Shown: positions 10,362 to 22,313, counted from the first letter of the stretch. The stretch: DNA of 64,000 nt from an uncultured Chroococcidiopsis sp. (GCA_964248365.1 CAXTYC010000006.1:1-64000), one strand, 5' to 3'. Notes: generated from the sequence alone by a model not told the origin. Program-made: numbers and translations.

Positions 10362-11039
10362 ATGATGAGCGAGGCAACAACTGAAACAATGAATCTGAAT
10401 GAAGAGGGTAAAACAAACGCTGGGGCAGCAGAGGTAGCTAACCAACCAAGCGAGGCTACAGAACAGCAAAATGTAACAACTGCCACGTCAGACGGTGACT
10501 ACCAAGCAGTGTTGTCGCAGAAGGATCAGCAAATAGAATCGCTCAAAGCGCAATTAGAAGAGCGTTCTAATCAATATATGCGGATAGCAGCAGATTTTGA
10601 TAATTTCCGCAAACGATCGCAAAAAGAAAAAGAAGATTTAGAGCAGCAGGTCAAGCGCAGTACAATTCTGGAGCTACTGCCTGTAGTTGATAACTTGGAA
10701 CGAGCGCGATCGCAACTCAAACCGCAAACCGAAGCTGAGATGAATATTCACAAAAGTTACCAAAGCGTATACAAGCAATTGGTAGACACTCTCAAGCGGA
10801 TAGGGGTTTCAGCCATGCGACCAGAAGGCAAGGAATTTGACCCGAATTTGCATGAAGCTGTGATGCGAGAAGCAACCCATGAATATCCAGAAGGAACTGT
10901 TACCGAAGAGTTAGTTAGGGGATATTTCTTGGGGGATCGCGTTTTGCGTCACGCCTTAGTTAAAGTTGCCGCCGCCCCAGAAGAAGCGCCACCAGAAACC
11001 GCAGCAGCAGAAAATTCGACCGAAGCAACAGGTAGTTAA
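10362..11039 (+). CDS. grpE: Nucleotide exchange factor GrpE
   Basis: [42 protein letters not shown]. Confidence 0.95.
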   Translation: MMSEATTETMNLNEEGKTNAGAAEVANQPSEATEQQNVTTATSDGDYQAVLSQKDQQIESLKAQLEERSNQYMRIAADFDNFRKRSQKEKEDLEQQVKRSTILELLPVVDNLERARSQLKPQTEAEMNIHKSYQSVYKQLVDTLKRIGVSAMRPEGKEFDPNLHEAVMREATHEYPEGTVTEELVRGYFLGDRVLRHALVKVAAAPEEAPPETAAAENSTEATGS

Positions 11040-11165
11040 GGAGAAAAAAACGTCTTGCTGTTTGCCAAGGCGGTAGTTTGGGAAAAATCTAAATATAGAG
11101 TACAACAATGGGCAAATGTTAACCTGGGAACGCAACATTTTCAAAAAGCAAAACTACCGCTGAGT

Positions 11166-13082
11166 ATGGGAAAAGTAATTGGCATTGACTTAGGCACGAC
11201 TAATAGTTGTGTTGCCATATTAGAAGGTGGTCAACCGATCGTTATCCCCAATTCAGAAGGTGGGCGAACAACTCCCAGCGTAGTGGGATTTGGTAAGGGG
11301 AGCGATCGCTTGATCGGTCAGCTAGCTAAGCGGCAAGCTGTTACCAATGCTGAAAATACAGTTTTCAGCATCAAGCGATTTATTGGGCGACGCTGGGATG
11401 AAACAGGAGAAGAACGGGATCGAGTACCTTACAAAACTGTCAAAGGGCGAGACGATACCGTTGATGTTCAAATACGCGATCGCACCTACACTCCCCAAGA
11501 AATCTCCGCCATGATCCTGCAAAAGCTCAAATCCGATGCAGAAAACTTTTTGGGAGAAAGCGTCGAACAGGCAGTGATCACTGTACCAGCCTACTTCACA
11601 GATGCCCAGAGACAGGCAACTAAAGATGCTGGCACAATCGCCGGACTCGAAGTACTACGCATCATCAACGAACCAACTGCCGCCGCACTTGCCTACGGCT
11701 TGGATAAGCTCGATCGAGAGCAAAAAATTCTCGTCTTTGATTTGGGTGGCGGCACTTTTGATGTTTCAATCCTACAGTTAGGGGATGCCGTATTTGAAGT
11801 CAAAGCTACATCTGGCAACAACCAACTAGGTGGGGATGACTTTGACAGCTGTATTGTCGGCTGGATGATTTCGCGCTTCCAAGAACAAGAGAAAGTTAAC
11901 CTTGGTGGCGACAAAATGGCATTACAGCGCTTACGAGAAGCAGCAGAAAAAGCCAAAATAGAACTATCCACTATGGGCAGCACCTCAATCAATTTGCCCT
12001 TTATCACCGCTGATGCCACAGGACCAAAACATCTGGAAATGGAACTTACCCGCGCTCGGTTTGAAGAGCTAGTAAGTCATTTGGTGCAAAGTACAATAGA
12101 CCCAATGGCTCAGGCACTAAAAGACTGCGGTTTGAAACCCCCAGATATTGACCGGATTATTTTGGTAGGAGGTTCGACCAGAATTCCAGCCGTCCAAAAT
12201 GCCGTACAAAAATTTTTTGATGGTAGATATGCCGATCGCTCAGTCAACCCAGATGAAGCAGTAGCCTTGGGAGCAGCTATCCAAGGTGGGGTGTTGGGTG
12301 GTGAGGTGGAAGATGTCTTACTGTTGGATGTTACCCCCCTATCACTGGGAATTGAGACATTGGGAGAAGTATTTACTAAAATCATCGAACGCAATACGAC
12401 GATTCCTACTAGTAAATCACAGACATTTTCTACGGCAACTGATGGACAAACTTCCGTCGAAATCAAAGTCCTTCAAGGTGAACGAGCAATGTCTAGAGAT
12501 AACAAAACTCTGGGCAGCTTTGTACTAACCGGAATTCCCCCAGCACCAAGAGGTATGCCGCAAATTGAAGTAGTTTTTGAAATCGATGTCAACGGCATTC
12601 TCAAAGTTTCGGCACAAGATAAAGGCACTGGTCGAGAGCAAAGTATTCGGATTACAAATACTGGTGGGTTGAGTGCTAGTGAAGTCGAACGGATGCGTGA
12701 GGAAGCAGAAAACTTTGCCGAACAAGACAAAAAACGGCTAGAAGTGATTGAACTGAAAAATATGGCAGAGAATCTTTTCCATACTTATGGATCGGCTCTC
12801 AGGGATAATAGAAACTTGATCGACGACGATTTCAAACGTCGGGCAGATGAGAAAGTAGCACTGCTCAAAAAGGGTTTGGTTGATTCTACTATTAGTGTAG
12901 AAACACTGACTCAGATGATTGATGATTTTCAGCAGACCCTGTTTAGTCTAGGGGCAAGTGTTTATGAACAAGCAAGCCGCAAATCACAATCCGGCGGCAC
13001 TAAACCCTTTTCCCCAGAAAATACAATGGTTGATTATGACCAACAAGGTACGGTAGCAGTTGATTACGAGGCGATAGAATAA
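11166..13082 (+). CDS. dnaK: Chaperone DnaK
   Basis: [14 protein letters not shown] (ATG 11166), [28 protein letters not shown]. Confidence 0.95.
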   Translation: MGKVIGIDLGTTNSCVAILEGGQPIVIPNSEGGRTTPSVVGFGKGSDRLIGQLAKRQAVTNAENTVFSIKRFIGRRWDETGEERDRVPYKTVKGRDDTVDVQIRDRTYTPQEISAMILQKLKSDAENFLGESVEQAVITVPAYFTDAQRQATKDAGTIAGLEVLRIINEPTAAALAYGLDKLDREQKILVFDLGGGTFDVSILQLGDAVFEVKATSGNNQLGGDDFDSCIVGWMISRFQEQEKVNLGGDKMALQRLREAAEKAKIELSTMGSTSINLPFITADATGPKHLEMELTRARFEELVSHLVQSTIDPMAQALKDCGLKPPDIDRIILVGGSTRIPAVQNAVQKFFDGRYADRSVNPDEAVALGAAIQGGVLGGEVEDVLLLDVTPLSLGIETLGEVFTKIIERNTTIPTSKSQTFSTATDGQTSVEIKVLQGERAMSRDNKTLGSFVLTGIPPAPRGMPQIEVVFEIDVNGILKVSAQDKGTGREQSIRITNTGGLSASEVERMREEAENFAEQDKKRLEVIELKNMAENLFHTYGSALRDNRNLIDDDFKRRADEKVALLKKGLVDSTISVETLTQMIDDFQQTLFSLGASVYEQASRKSQSGGTKPFSPENTMVDYDQQGTVAVDYEAIE

Positions 13083-13264
13083 TCCTACTTACCTTCATTT
13101 GTCCTTGTTGAAAGGAGGGTAATTTGTATACATTGATGATGGAACTGATGAAGAAGGAAGTGGAGAAGCGAAAGAATTACTTTTCGACATTGCTCCATGG
13201 GTCTTCTGTCTGGTTTCCTAACCCCTAACTCCTAATCCCTAACCTCTAAAAAAAACAGCGCTTT

Positions 13265-14392
13265 ATGGCCCGTGACTACTACGAAATTCTGGGTGTCGAA
13301 CGCAACGCAGATAAAGAAGAACTTAAGCGTGCCTATCGTCGCTTAGCCCGAAAATATCACCCTGATGTTAACAAAGAACCAGGAGCCGAGGAGCGCTTTA
13401 AAGAAGTTAATCGGGCTTATGAAGTGCTTTCGGAACCAGAAATGCGATCGCGCTATGACCGCTTTGGTGAAGCAGGTGTAGCAGCAGGAGCTGGTGCAGC
13501 AGGCTTCCAAGATTTTGGCGACATTGGCGGCTTTGCCGATATTTTTGAAAGCTTTTTTAGCGGCTTTGGCGGCGTGGGGACTCAAAGCGGGCGGCGGCGC
13601 AGCGGTCCAGTACGCGGTGATGACCTGAGACTAGACTTGAAATTAGATTTTAGAGAAGCGGTATTTGGTGGGGAAAAAGAAATTCGGATTTCTCACCTAG
13701 AAACCTGTGAAGTGTGTAGCGGATCGGGAGCCAAGCCAGGAACTCGACCGCGTACTTGCTCAAGCTGTAGTGGTTCAGGTCAAGTCCGACGCGTCACTCG
13801 CACCCCCTTTGGTAGCTTCACTCAAGTATCTACTTGTCCCACCTGTAACGGGACAGGACAAATGATCGAAGATAAGTGTGAAACTTGTGAAGGTAAGGGA
13901 GCTAGGCAAGTAACCAAGAAGCTAAAGATTACTATCCCAGCAGGAGTAGATAATGGCACACGCTTGCGAATTTCCGGCGAAGGAGATGCAGGCGAGCGCA
14001 ATGGTCCAGCTGGAGATCTGTACGTGTACATTTCTGTCAATGAAGACGCTGAATTTCGCCGCGAAGGTATTAATGTCCTGTCGGAAATCAAAATCAGTTA
14101 CTTGCAAGCAATTTTAGGAAGTCGCTTGGAGGTGAACACAGTAGATGGACCTACAGAACTTGTGATTCCAGCCGGAACTCAGCCTAATACTGTGATGACT
14201 TTGGAAAATCACGGTGTACCCAAACTAGGAAACCCAGTTAGCCGAGGCGATCACCTGTTAACTGTATTAATTGATATTCCTACCAAGATCAGCTCGGAGG
14301 AGAGGGAACTGTTGGACAAACTAGCTAAAATTAAAGGCGATCGCACTGGTAAAGGTGGTAAAGAAGGATGGATTGGCAAAATATTCCAATAA
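13265..14392 (+). CDS. dnaJ: Chaperone DnaJ (class A)
   Basis: HPD J-domain, G/F region, four CxxCxGxG repeats. Confidence 0.95.
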   Translation: MARDYYEILGVERNADKEELKRAYRRLARKYHPDVNKEPGAEERFKEVNRAYEVLSEPEMRSRYDRFGEAGVAAGAGAAGFQDFGDIGGFADIFESFFSGFGGVGTQSGRRRSGPVRGDDLRLDLKLDFREAVFGGEKEIRISHLETCEVCSGSGAKPGTRPRTCSSCSGSGQVRRVTRTPFGSFTQVSTCPTCNGTGQMIEDKCETCEGKGARQVTKKLKITIPAGVDNGTRLRISGEGDAGERNGPAGDLYVYISVNEDAEFRREGINVLSEIKISYLQAILGSRLEVNTVDGPTELVIPAGTQPNTVMTLENHGVPKLGNPVSRGDHLLTVLIDIPTKISSEERELLDKLAKIKGDRTGKGGKEGWIGKIFQ

Positions 14393-14503
14393 CAGTTACT
14401 CTTTACTCTTTACTCTTTACCAACTACCAACTACCAACTACCAACTACCAGTTACAGCGTGCCAGCAGGCTAACAGCTAATTGCTAAAAGCTAATTGCTA
14501 TTG

Positions 14504-14785
14504 ATGACAAATAACTCAGCCAGAATCATTCCTGATGCCCAGTTAGATCTACGCGGCACTCCCTGCCCAATTAATTTTGTGCGGACTAAACTACGTTTGG
14601 AACAAATGTCTCCAGGGTCTTTGCTAGAAGTTTGGCTAGATCCTGGAGAACCCATTGAGCAAGTTCCAGATAGTCTAACTATGGCAGGATATCAGATAGA
14701 GCAAATTGAAGAACGCTCCAACTTTTTCGCCCTGCAAGTTCGTCAGAACAGAGCACAGGGAGCACGGGTAGCTGGGGGAGAATGA
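14504..14785 (+). CDS. Sulfurtransferase TusA/SirA family protein
   Basis: LDLRGTPCPINFVRTKLRLE motif. Confidence 0.85.
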   Translation: MTNNSARIIPDAQLDLRGTPCPINFVRTKLRLEQMSPGSLLEVWLDPGEPIEQVPDSLTMAGYQIEQIEERSNFFALQVRQNRAQGARVAGGE

Positions 14786-14845
14786 TGAATTTAGAATTTA
14801 GAATTCAACATTGGGCATTCATTCGTTATCGTTTGTTACTTATGC

Positions 14846-16012
14846 ATGAGTAATGAATCTGACTTGGAAGTTCAGCTAGTGGAGGATTCTTCGCCTCTAC
14901 TGGGTACAGTCGTGGCAGTACAAGCAAATTACTACCTGGTAAGGTTAGATAGTCAGGAGGTAGGAGGCGAGAGGCGAGAGGCGAGAGGCGAGAGGCAAGA
15001 GGCTATAAATTTATCTCACGGGGCTACCTGGGCTACCTGGGCTACCTGGGCTCCCCCTGCTCTCTTATGCACTCGTAGGGCGCGGTTGAAAAAAATTGGA
15101 CAACAGGTAATGGTGGGCGATCGCGTCGTCGTTGTAGAGCCAGACTGGGCTGGTGGTCGAGGCGCGATCGCTGATGTCCTACCGCGCTCCTCCCAGCTTG
15201 ATCGTCCCCCCATTGCTAATGTAGGGCAAATTCTGTTGGTTTTTGCCTTGGCAGAACCAACTCTCGATCCTTACCAACTGAGTAGATTTTTAGTCAAAGC
15301 TGAATCTACCGAGTTGGATGTTTGTCTATGTCTGAATAAAAAAGATTTGTTGACAAAAGAACAAATAAATGCATGGCGCGAGCGCTTAAACGGTTGGGGC
15401 TACCAACCGATATTTATCAGTGTTAGCGATGCAACAGGGATTGATGAAGTGGGTGAGCAACTCAAAGACAAAATTACCTCGGTTGCTGGACCTTCTGGCG
15501 TGGGCAAATCCAGTCTAATTAATGCTCTAATTCCCACAGCCCAGTTACGGATAGGTGAGGTTTCAGGTAAGCTGGGTCGGGGTCGCCACACAACCCGTCA
15601 TGTAGAACTGTTTGAATTGCCACACGGGGGATTGCTAGCCGATACTCCAGGCTTTAATCAGCCTGATTTTGATTGTACCCCCGAAGAGTTAGTGTATTAC
15701 TTCCCAGAGGCACGGCAGCGCTTAGAAGGGGCAAGTTGTCAATTCAGCGATTGTTCACATCGAGACGAGCCTAACTGTGCTGTGCGGGGTGATTGGGAGC
15801 GTTACGAGCATTACTTGGATTTTCTGCCAGAAGCGATCGCTCGTCAAGAGCAACTAAACCAGCAAGCCAATCCAGAATCTACCTTGAAATTGAAAAGTAA
15901 GCGCGGTAAGAGTCAGTACGAACCGAAGCTGGAAACTAAAAAATATCGTCGCACCTCTCGACGGACACAACAACAATCACTACAGCAGTTGTATCAAGAT
16001 ACCGAGGAATAA
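14846..16012 (+). CDS. rsgA: Ribosome small subunit-dependent GTPase A, with a repeat-derived in-frame insertion
   Basis: Circularly permuted GTPase (LNKKD, GPSGVGKSS, GRHTT, DTPG), Zn motif CQFSDCSHRDEPNC. Confidence 0.93.
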   Translation: MSNESDLEVQLVEDSSPLLGTVVAVQANYYLVRLDSQEVGGERREARGERQEAINLSHGATWATWATWAPPALLCTRRARLKKIGQQVMVGDRVVVVEPDWAGGRGAIADVLPRSSQLDRPPIANVGQILLVFALAEPTLDPYQLSRFLVKAESTELDVCLCLNKKDLLTKEQINAWRERLNGWGYQPIFISVSDATGIDEVGEQLKDKITSVAGPSGVGKSSLINALIPTAQLRIGEVSGKLGRGRHTTRHVELFELPHGGLLADTPGFNQPDFDCTPEELVYYFPEARQRLEGASCQFSDCSHRDEPNCAVRGDWERYEHYLDFLPEAIARQEQLNQQANPESTLKLKSKRGKSQYEPKLETKKYRRTSRRTQQQSLQQLYQDTEE

Positions 16013-16033
16013 TTAGAAAAGGGTTATTTCAAA

Positions 16034-16660
16034 TTAAACTATAACTAATGTACCAAGTTGCTTTAAAACTTTAAGAACACTACACAAATCATTGGCTCGT
16101 CTGAGTGTAAACTCATCTGAGAGGGCGTAAAGTGGTGTTTCTTGCTTCATAAGCTTGAGAAAAATAAAGTTACTACCATTTGTTACTAACCCAAAAATAG
16201 GTTTTTCAGGATTAGGGTTATCTAGCATATAAGCTAGTGCTTGCGGTATCCCAGGCTCAAGAGAAAATTGAGCTTTTTTAGCTTCAATAACAAGTATCCA
16301 GAGTTGCTCTTGTAGGACTAAAACATCAATTTTGCCTTTAACAATCGTTCCCTCATCCTCAGACACAATTTCTACTTGTTTCTCGGTTGAAATTCTCAAT
16401 GGACGCTGGTAAAATCCCGCTAAGTCAAGTAAGGGCGATAATACCACCATCTTGACTGTATTTTCTAACATGAGTGGGTATTCAATCAAATTGAGATAGT
16501 TAGTTTTAATTCGTTCTAGAGATTGTTTTTCTGATTCACTAACCTCTGACAAGTTATCCTGCCACTGTGGAAAAAATTGGTTATCGTCGGTGTAATGGAG
16601 GTTAAATTTTATTCTCAAGTCATGAAGGGTAACTTCTTGGGCTGGAATTGTTTGAACCAT
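16034..16660 (-). CDS. Type I restriction enzyme R N-terminal-like (HSDR_N) PD-(D/E)XK protein
   Basis: GKIDVLV...VIEAKK...PQALAYM...GLVTNGSNFIF. Confidence 0.75.
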   Translation of the reverse strand: MVQTIPAQEVTLHDLRIKFNLHYTDDNQFFPQWQDNLSEVSESEKQSLERIKTNYLNLIEYPLMLENTVKMVVLSPLLDLAGFYQRPLRISTEKQVEIVSEDEGTIVKGKIDVLVLQEQLWILVIEAKKAQFSLEPGIPQALAYMLDNPNPEKPIFGLVTNGSNFIFLKLMKQETPLYALSDEFTLRRANDLCSVLKVLKQLGTLVIV

Positions 16661-16714
16661 AGTTTCTGTGATTTTGTCTGATTAACTAAAACTTAATTTA
16701 GCTGTTAGTGGTTA

Positions 16715-16767
16715 GCTACTACCAGTTACCAGTTACCAACTACCAGTTACCAGTTACCAGATACCAG
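16715..16767. repeat. STRR heptamer array (TACCAGT)n
   Basis: Seen directly. Confidence 0.85.
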
Positions 16768-16868
16768 TGCTAAAAGCTACTCGCTAATCGCTTTTATGTA
16801 GTAGGTTAACCAAAAAGGACTAGGGCAGTCTAAAATTTAAAAAATATTACTCGCTCCTTGAAAACACT

Positions 16869-17141
16869 ATGAACCCCAAAGTTGAAATCTACACTTGGAG
16901 AACTTGCCCGTTTTGCATTCAGGCAAAGCAACTACTTAAAAGTAAAGGCGTTGATTTCATTGAATACAGCATTGATGGCGATGAAGCAGCGCGATCGCAA
17001 ATGGCAAAACGCGCAAATGGCAGACGTTCTGTACCCCAGATTTTTATCAATGATCGGCACGTAGGTGGTTGCGACGATCTCTACGACCTAGACGATCAAG
17101 GCAAACTCGATTCAATGCTTGCTTCTGCTCAAGGAGCGTAG
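16869..17141 (+). CDS. grxC: Glutaredoxin 3
   Basis: CPFC, SVPQIFI, GGCDD. Confidence 0.95.
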   Translation: MNPKVEIYTWRTCPFCIQAKQLLKSKGVDFIEYSIDGDEAARSQMAKRANGRRSVPQIFINDRHVGGCDDLYDLDDQGKLDSMLASAQGA

Positions 17142-17144
17142 ATT

Positions 17145-18158
17145 TTGACATTGAAACTTGCTTTTATCATCGATCCGATTTATCAACTCGATCCAGGTCA
17201 TGATACTAGTGTTGCTTTGATGGAAGCGGCGCAAGCACTAGGTCATGAAATTTGGGTGACGCAGGCTAACTTATTGAGTGTGGTAGAAGGTAAGGCTTGG
17301 GCTGTATTAGAACAAGTGCAGCTAAAACCTGTACAGCTTGGCGTTGGGCGCTGGATAGCAGAAGCTCAATGGTATCAAATGAGCAATCGCACATCCATGC
17401 CCTTAGAAACTCTAGACGCTGTATTCATGCGGACAGATCCGCCCGTTAACGTTCCCTACCTTTATGCCACATACATTTTGGACTATATTGACCCCGCCAA
17501 AACTTTGGTGATTAACAATCCTCAAGGCTTGCGGGCGGCAAACGAAAAAATGTATGCTCTGCAATTTACCAAAGTAATTCCAGAGACTATTGTTACTTCA
17601 GATAAACAAGTTATTCGCTCCTTTGTCCAGTCAAAAAAAGCAGCAATTCTCAAGCCACTGGGTAATAAGGCGGGAGAAGGAATTCTTTATATGGAAGGAG
17701 GCGATCGCAATTTTAATTCTATTGTCGAACTAAGTACATTGCAAGGTCGAGTTCCTGTCATGGTGCAAGAGTATTTACCAGCAGCCAAGGAAGGAGACAA
17801 GCGAATTATCCTACTTGATGGTAAACCGATTGGCGCTTTGAATCGAATTTCAGCAGGTAGTGATTTTCGCAACAATATGGCAGCTGGGGGTACGGTAGCC
17901 AAAACGGAAATTACCAGCCGAGAACAGGAAATCTGTAACGAAGTTGCTCCAATACTTGTGCGCGATCGCTTATTCTTTGTTGGTATTGACGTAATCGGCG
18001 GCTATCTGACTGAAGTCAACGTCACCAGCCCTACCGGAATCAGGGAAATAGACAGACTAGAGGGCGTTCGTCTAGGCGAACAGGTAATTGAGTGGGTAGC
18101 CAATAATAAGGGGCTAGGGGCTGCGGGGCTAGGGGCTAGGGGGGAAATGAAGAATTAA
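17145..18158 (+). CDS. gshB: Glutathione synthetase (TTG start, possibly at 17151)
   Basis: KLAFIIDP, MRTDPP, ANEK, GDKRI, EVNVTSPTG. Confidence 0.95.
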   Translation: MTLKLAFIIDPIYQLDPGHDTSVALMEAAQALGHEIWVTQANLLSVVEGKAWAVLEQVQLKPVQLGVGRWIAEAQWYQMSNRTSMPLETLDAVFMRTDPPVNVPYLYATYILDYIDPAKTLVINNPQGLRAANEKMYALQFTKVIPETIVTSDKQVIRSFVQSKKAAILKPLGNKAGEGILYMEGGDRNFNSIVELSTLQGRVPVMVQEYLPAAKEGDKRIILLDGKPIGALNRISAGSDFRNNMAAGGTVAKTEITSREQEICNEVAPILVRDRLFFVGIDVIGGYLTEVNVTSPTGIREIDRLEGVRLGEQVIEWVANNKGLGAAGLGARGEMKN

Positions 18159-18218
18159 CGATTGTGTCTTCTGTCTTCTGTCTCCTGTCTTCACAACTCC
18201 TGACTTCTGGCTGAATTT

Positions 18219-19028
18219 ATGAAACTTACTCGTATTGACTTAAATAGCTGGATTTTAGAAATCGCTGGGCAGACCGTTTTGATTGATCCCTGGTTGGTTG
18301 ATCCCCTAGTGTTTTACGGGCAACCTTGGCTGTTTACGGCTTATCATACTCAGCCACCAGCATTTACCCCAGCGACATTGCCACCATTCGATTTAATCTT
18401 GATTTCTCAAGGTTTAGACGACCATTGTCACAAACCAACCTTAGAGCAGTTAGACCGCAATATTCGAGTAGTGGGTTCAAAGACAGCCACAGCCCTTGTC
18501 AAAAATTTGGGCTACACTGCTGTTAATTGCTTGACAAATGGGGAAAAATATGTTTTAAACGATAGATTGAGTATTACAGCGTTTCCTGGCGCACTTGTTC
18601 AAGGACAGGTAGAAAATGGATATTTGCTTCAAGATTTATTGAATGGGGAAACGGTTTACTATGAACCGCATTTGTTCCCATCCGAAAAGGTAATGATGCA
18701 GCGTATTGAGTCGGTAGATGTAGCGATCGCGCCCGTTATCGGGCAAGTCTTCCCTCTGTTGGGACAAGTAGTGATGGGAGCTGACGAAGCAATGAAGTTA
18801 GTACAAACTCTGCGTCCCCATGTTTTTATTCCAACTGCACTGGGAGATATCCAAATGAGTGGACTATTACCCAAATTAATCCGGTCTGTCGGTAGTGTAG
18901 AACAGTTTCGACACTTGCTGAGTGCTTCTGGTTTGGCAACACAATTATTACTCCCCGATCCTGGTGAAACGGTAGAACTAGAATTTGGTGAGAGGTTAGA
19001 GGCGCTTAAGCTTGAGGCTGGAGGTTAG
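18219..19028 (+). CDS. MBL-fold metallo-hydrolase
   Basis: LIDPWL, SQGLDDHCH, ENGYLL, YYEPH. Confidence 0.85.
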   Translation: MKLTRIDLNSWILEIAGQTVLIDPWLVDPLVFYGQPWLFTAYHTQPPAFTPATLPPFDLILISQGLDDHCHKPTLEQLDRNIRVVGSKTATALVKNLGYTAVNCLTNGEKYVLNDRLSITAFPGALVQGQVENGYLLQDLLNGETVYYEPHLFPSEKVMMQRIESVDVAIAPVIGQVFPLLGQVVMGADEAMKLVQTLRPHVFIPTALGDIQMSGLLPKLIRSVGSVEQFRHLLSASGLATQLLLPDPGETVELEFGERLEALKLEAGG

Positions 19029-19083
19029 AGGTGAGTCTTTTACTTCTAACGAACTCACAAACGCGACTTCCCCTGCTCCAAAA

Positions 19084-20343
19084 TTAGCGTGAAGGTCGCC
19101 GCCGTTGGAGAAAATCAGGAATATCTAATCCAGGTTTTTCTTTAGTTTCAACAACTGGTGGCGGTGGGGGTGGTGTTGGCTGTAGCGGTTTAGCGGTTGT
19201 TCGCCCAGTCGGAGGAGGAGGAGTTTGAGATTCACCTTTGGTAAATCCTGTAGCAATCACTGTGATTCTCATTTCACCTTGTAGCCTGTCATCAATCACC
19301 GCACCAAAAATAATATTAGCGTTGGGATCGACCACTTCATAGATAGCTTCCGCCGCTGTGTTCACTTCATGCAGAGTTAGGTCACTACCACCAGTGATGT
19401 TAAGGACAACACCTCTAGCTCCTTCAATTGAGGATTCGAGTAAGGGAGAAGAAATAGCCGCGTTCGCCGCGTCTCTAGCCCTGCTTTTACCAGAACCAAT
19501 GCCGATCCCCATCAATGCTGAACCTGCATCTGCCATTACTGCTCGCACATCGGCAAAATCAACATTCACCAAACCTGGGATCGTGATGATATCAGAGATG
19601 CCTTGTACCCCTTGCCGCAAAACATCATCGGCAAACCGAAAAGCTTCTTGTAGTGGAGTTTGCTCAGAAATTACCGAAAGTAATTTATCGTTCGGGATCA
19701 ACAGCAATGTATCTACTCGGCTTTGCAAGGCTTCAATTCCCTGCTCTGCTTGGTTAGAACGTCGTCTTCCCTCGAAGACAAATGGACGTGTCACTACGCC
19801 AACAGTCAGAGCGCCGACTTCTTTAGCTACTTCTGCAACAATTGGTGCTGCACCTGTACCCGTTCCGCCTCCCATACCAGCAGTGATAAAAACTAGGTCA
19901 GAATGCTCTAATGTTGCGGCAATTTCATCCCGCGATTCTTCAGCTGCTTTTTGACCAATCGCCGGATTACCGCCTGCTCCTAAACCCCGCGTTAGCTTTT
20001 GTCCAATTTGTAACCGTCTAGGTGCTGAGCTTTGAGTCAAGGCTTGAGCATCGGTATTTATTGACCAAAACTCAACTCCAGTTACACTACTAGCAATCAT
20101 GCGGTTAACTGCATTACCACCACCACCCCCAACACCAATCACTTTAATGTTGGCTACTCGACCTGGAACAATATCATCAAATAGATTATCTTCTTCAGAA
20201 ACTGCCCTAGTATCGTAATTTTGAGTGAAATGCGCTCCACTGTGATTATAAGGACTGGTCGAATTGACTGCCAGTGAAAAGCCTGAGTTTCCAGAAGAGT
20301 GGGAAGTTTTCAGGGGAAATCCTGTGTTACTAAAAGTAGTCAT
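19084..20343 (-). CDS. ftsZ: Cell division protein FtsZ
   Basis: [25 protein letters not shown]-terminal LDIPDFL. Confidence 0.97.
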   Translation of the reverse strand: MTTFSNTGFPLKTSHSSGNSGFSLAVNSTSPYNHSGAHFTQNYDTRAVSEEDNLFDDIVPGRVANIKVIGVGGGGGNAVNRMIASSVTGVEFWSINTDAQALTQSSAPRRLQIGQKLTRGLGAGGNPAIGQKAAEESRDEIAATLEHSDLVFITAGMGGGTGTGAAPIVAEVAKEVGALTVGVVTRPFVFEGRRRSNQAEQGIEALQSRVDTLLLIPNDKLLSVISEQTPLQEAFRFADDVLRQGVQGISDIITIPGLVNVDFADVRAVMADAGSALMGIGIGSGKSRARDAANAAISSPLLESSIEGARGVVLNITGGSDLTLHEVNTAAEAIYEVVDPNANIIFGAVIDDRLQGEMRITVIATGFTKGESQTPPPPTGRTTAKPLQPTPPPPPPVVETKEKPGLDIPDFLQRRRPSR

Positions 20344-21241
20344 TGGAGTCTAGATAAGGTATATAAACGGCTTTTTTATGCGCTATTTGAACACGAGTCT
20401 ACTATAGGTTAATTCACCTATAAATCTCTACTATAGAATTGGGTATTCTTTGTTTTCCATCCAAACGCTAATACATCTGTACCGTTTTTCCTTTGAGCGG
20501 ACAATCCTAGCCAACACAATTTAAAGGTATAGGTGTATGGAATTTCTATTAGCTCAACATTAGTTAAATCTAATAGGTAGGCGCGAAACAGATGTTGTTG
20601 ATACAAAAGCCACTTCCACGAAAACACAAGCCCAAATTGATGCCGAACATTTAGCGTTTGCTTTAATAAGCTGCCACAGCCAAAATCAGAAGGATAGGCT
20701 ATTGGCACAAAAAATCTTTTGCTAATGATGGGATTGATCAATTTGCTCATTGGGTATTTCTCAACTTTTTTGCGCTTTCATTAAATTGCCTTGATACCTA
20801 ATGGCTTGCACTCTCCTGAGCAGAGTTAGGATTCTCCGATTATCAGCACAGACAGACTTGTTGTTACATTTTTTGGGCAAGAGAGCGAATAAACTCCCGC
20901 ACCACATCTGTTTTGGTACGTTTGTACTTTTGGCAATATTGCTCCAGTATGGTCATCTCTGCTGCTGAAATTCTGATACTCAGGTGACTTTCTAGCATTT
21001 GTGCTGCACATTGCGGTACTTTATCGTCAGCAGATTACCGTTACCACTCCTAACTCTTCAAGTGTAATTGTACTGATAAATTTGTTTGAGTTTACTAACG
21101 CTGCTAAATTTCTCAGTGAATATACAGTTGAATTTTGAAGATAATTGGTTTCTTCTACCAATTTTATTTTTTTTAGTCAAATAAATAAATTTTTATACCG
21201 AAAATAAAATTTTTAGTATAATTTATAACATTAAATTTAAT

Positions 21242-22090
21242 TTAAGGCTTGTTTTTTTTAAATAAAAATGATTCTGGTTTAACCGTTTTTTGGGTTGCTT
21301 GCAATTGCCTCACGCCAGTTTCGGACGTTTTTTCTGGGTAGGTTTGTACTAAAGGGTTGGCTGGATTTTTGAGATCGATGTATTCAATTTGACTCAAATT
21401 CACTTGTTTGGGAAGTTGCCGCATTTGTTCTAGTACTTTGAACTGCTCAGCCAAGCGAGGGGTGTAGGGACCAAGATGCACGATTCCCAGTTCAGTTTTG
21501 AGAATTAAATTGGTTGGATCTTGACAATCGATTTCCGTTACTTTAACGGAGCTATTACTAACTGCTTGATAAAGAGGAACCCAGTAAGAACGGTAAGACT
21601 CTGGTACACCAATGACTTTGAGGTTGGGCGACTTGAGAAATTGACGTACCTGGTTTGGGTATGATTGTAGGGGAATCAACACCCCATCAGGATCTAAAAA
21701 GCCCATTGAGGCTTTTGGGTTTGACGTGGTATCTGAAGTCGGAGTAATTGCGATCGCAACAGGTACACGTTCTTGGACTTGAACCACTAAACCTGAAGGA
21801 AATAGTCGGCGAGTCACAGTAACATCAGCTATAGCTCGATTGGACTCTAAAGCCTGGGAAAGCTCTTGGGGCGAAATTTGTAGCAACCACTTGGGATAAC
21901 TCAGCGGTAAAAGTGATAAAATTACTTGTCTGGGTAGCAAACGATTGCCCTCGACCAGAATTTGGTTTGAATCATGCAAGATCCAATTCGGTCGAGTCAT
22001 AGCCCAGGTCAAACCGCCTAGAAGTCCACACATTGCCAATATTTGCCAGAAAGATAGCAGCGTTTTAAGATATCCGTTATGTCGTGACAT
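21242..22090 (-). CDS. ftsQ: Cell division protein FtsQ (start uncertain)
   Basis: TM helix, POTRA-like region (EGNRLL...RRLFPSGLVVQVQERVPVA), YIDLKNP; upstream of ftsZ. Confidence 0.85.
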   Translation of the reverse strand: MSRHNGYLKTLLSFWQILAMCGLLGGLTWAMTRPNWILHDSNQILVEGNRLLPRQVILSLLPLSYPKWLLQISPQELSQALESNRAIADVTVTRRLFPSGLVVQVQERVPVAIAITPTSDTTSNPKASMGFLDPDGVLIPLQSYPNQVRQFLKSPNLKVIGVPESYRSYWVPLYQAVSNSSVKVTEIDCQDPTNLILKTELGIVHLGPYTPRLAEQFKVLEQMRQLPKQVNLSQIEYIDLKNPANPLVQTYPEKTSETGVRQLQATQKTVKPESFLFKKNKP

Positions 22091-22313
22091 TCGGCAAAGT
22101 TGCAATCAAAAAAACTGGAGGAATAATAGAGATGCTGGTCATCCTAACTCATTAGAAGAGTAAAGAGAATTCACAATTTAAATCTGAGGAATAAATAGAA
22201 CATTTGAACTAATAAAGTAGAAACAACGAAATATTAGTCAACAGTGGTAAACAAGCGATCGCCTAAAATAAAACATATTTATCGCATCAATAGCAATAAT
22301 TCACCCAAGCATC

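Noticed and set aside
10114..10469. Small ORFs between pilB and grpE
   Set aside because: Translations of heptamer repeats or antisense to grpE
11055..11165. N-terminal extension of DnaK (likewise the long starts given for mgdA, the ABC ATPase, Wzy and the first GT2)
   Set aside because: Artefacts of alternative start codons; downstream ATGs match family N-termini
16034..16660. Type I restriction-modification or defence system
   Set aside because: Stand-alone HSDR_N-like gene, common in cyanobacteria; no hsdM/hsdS or helicase nearby
19358..19954. 198-aa ORF antisense to ftsZ, and other antisense/overlapping ORFs in the track
   Set aside because: Shadow ORFs of conserved genes, with no motifs
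20418..20750. 110-aa ORF in the ftsQ-ftsZ spacer
   Set aside because: No recognisable family, RBS or typical composition
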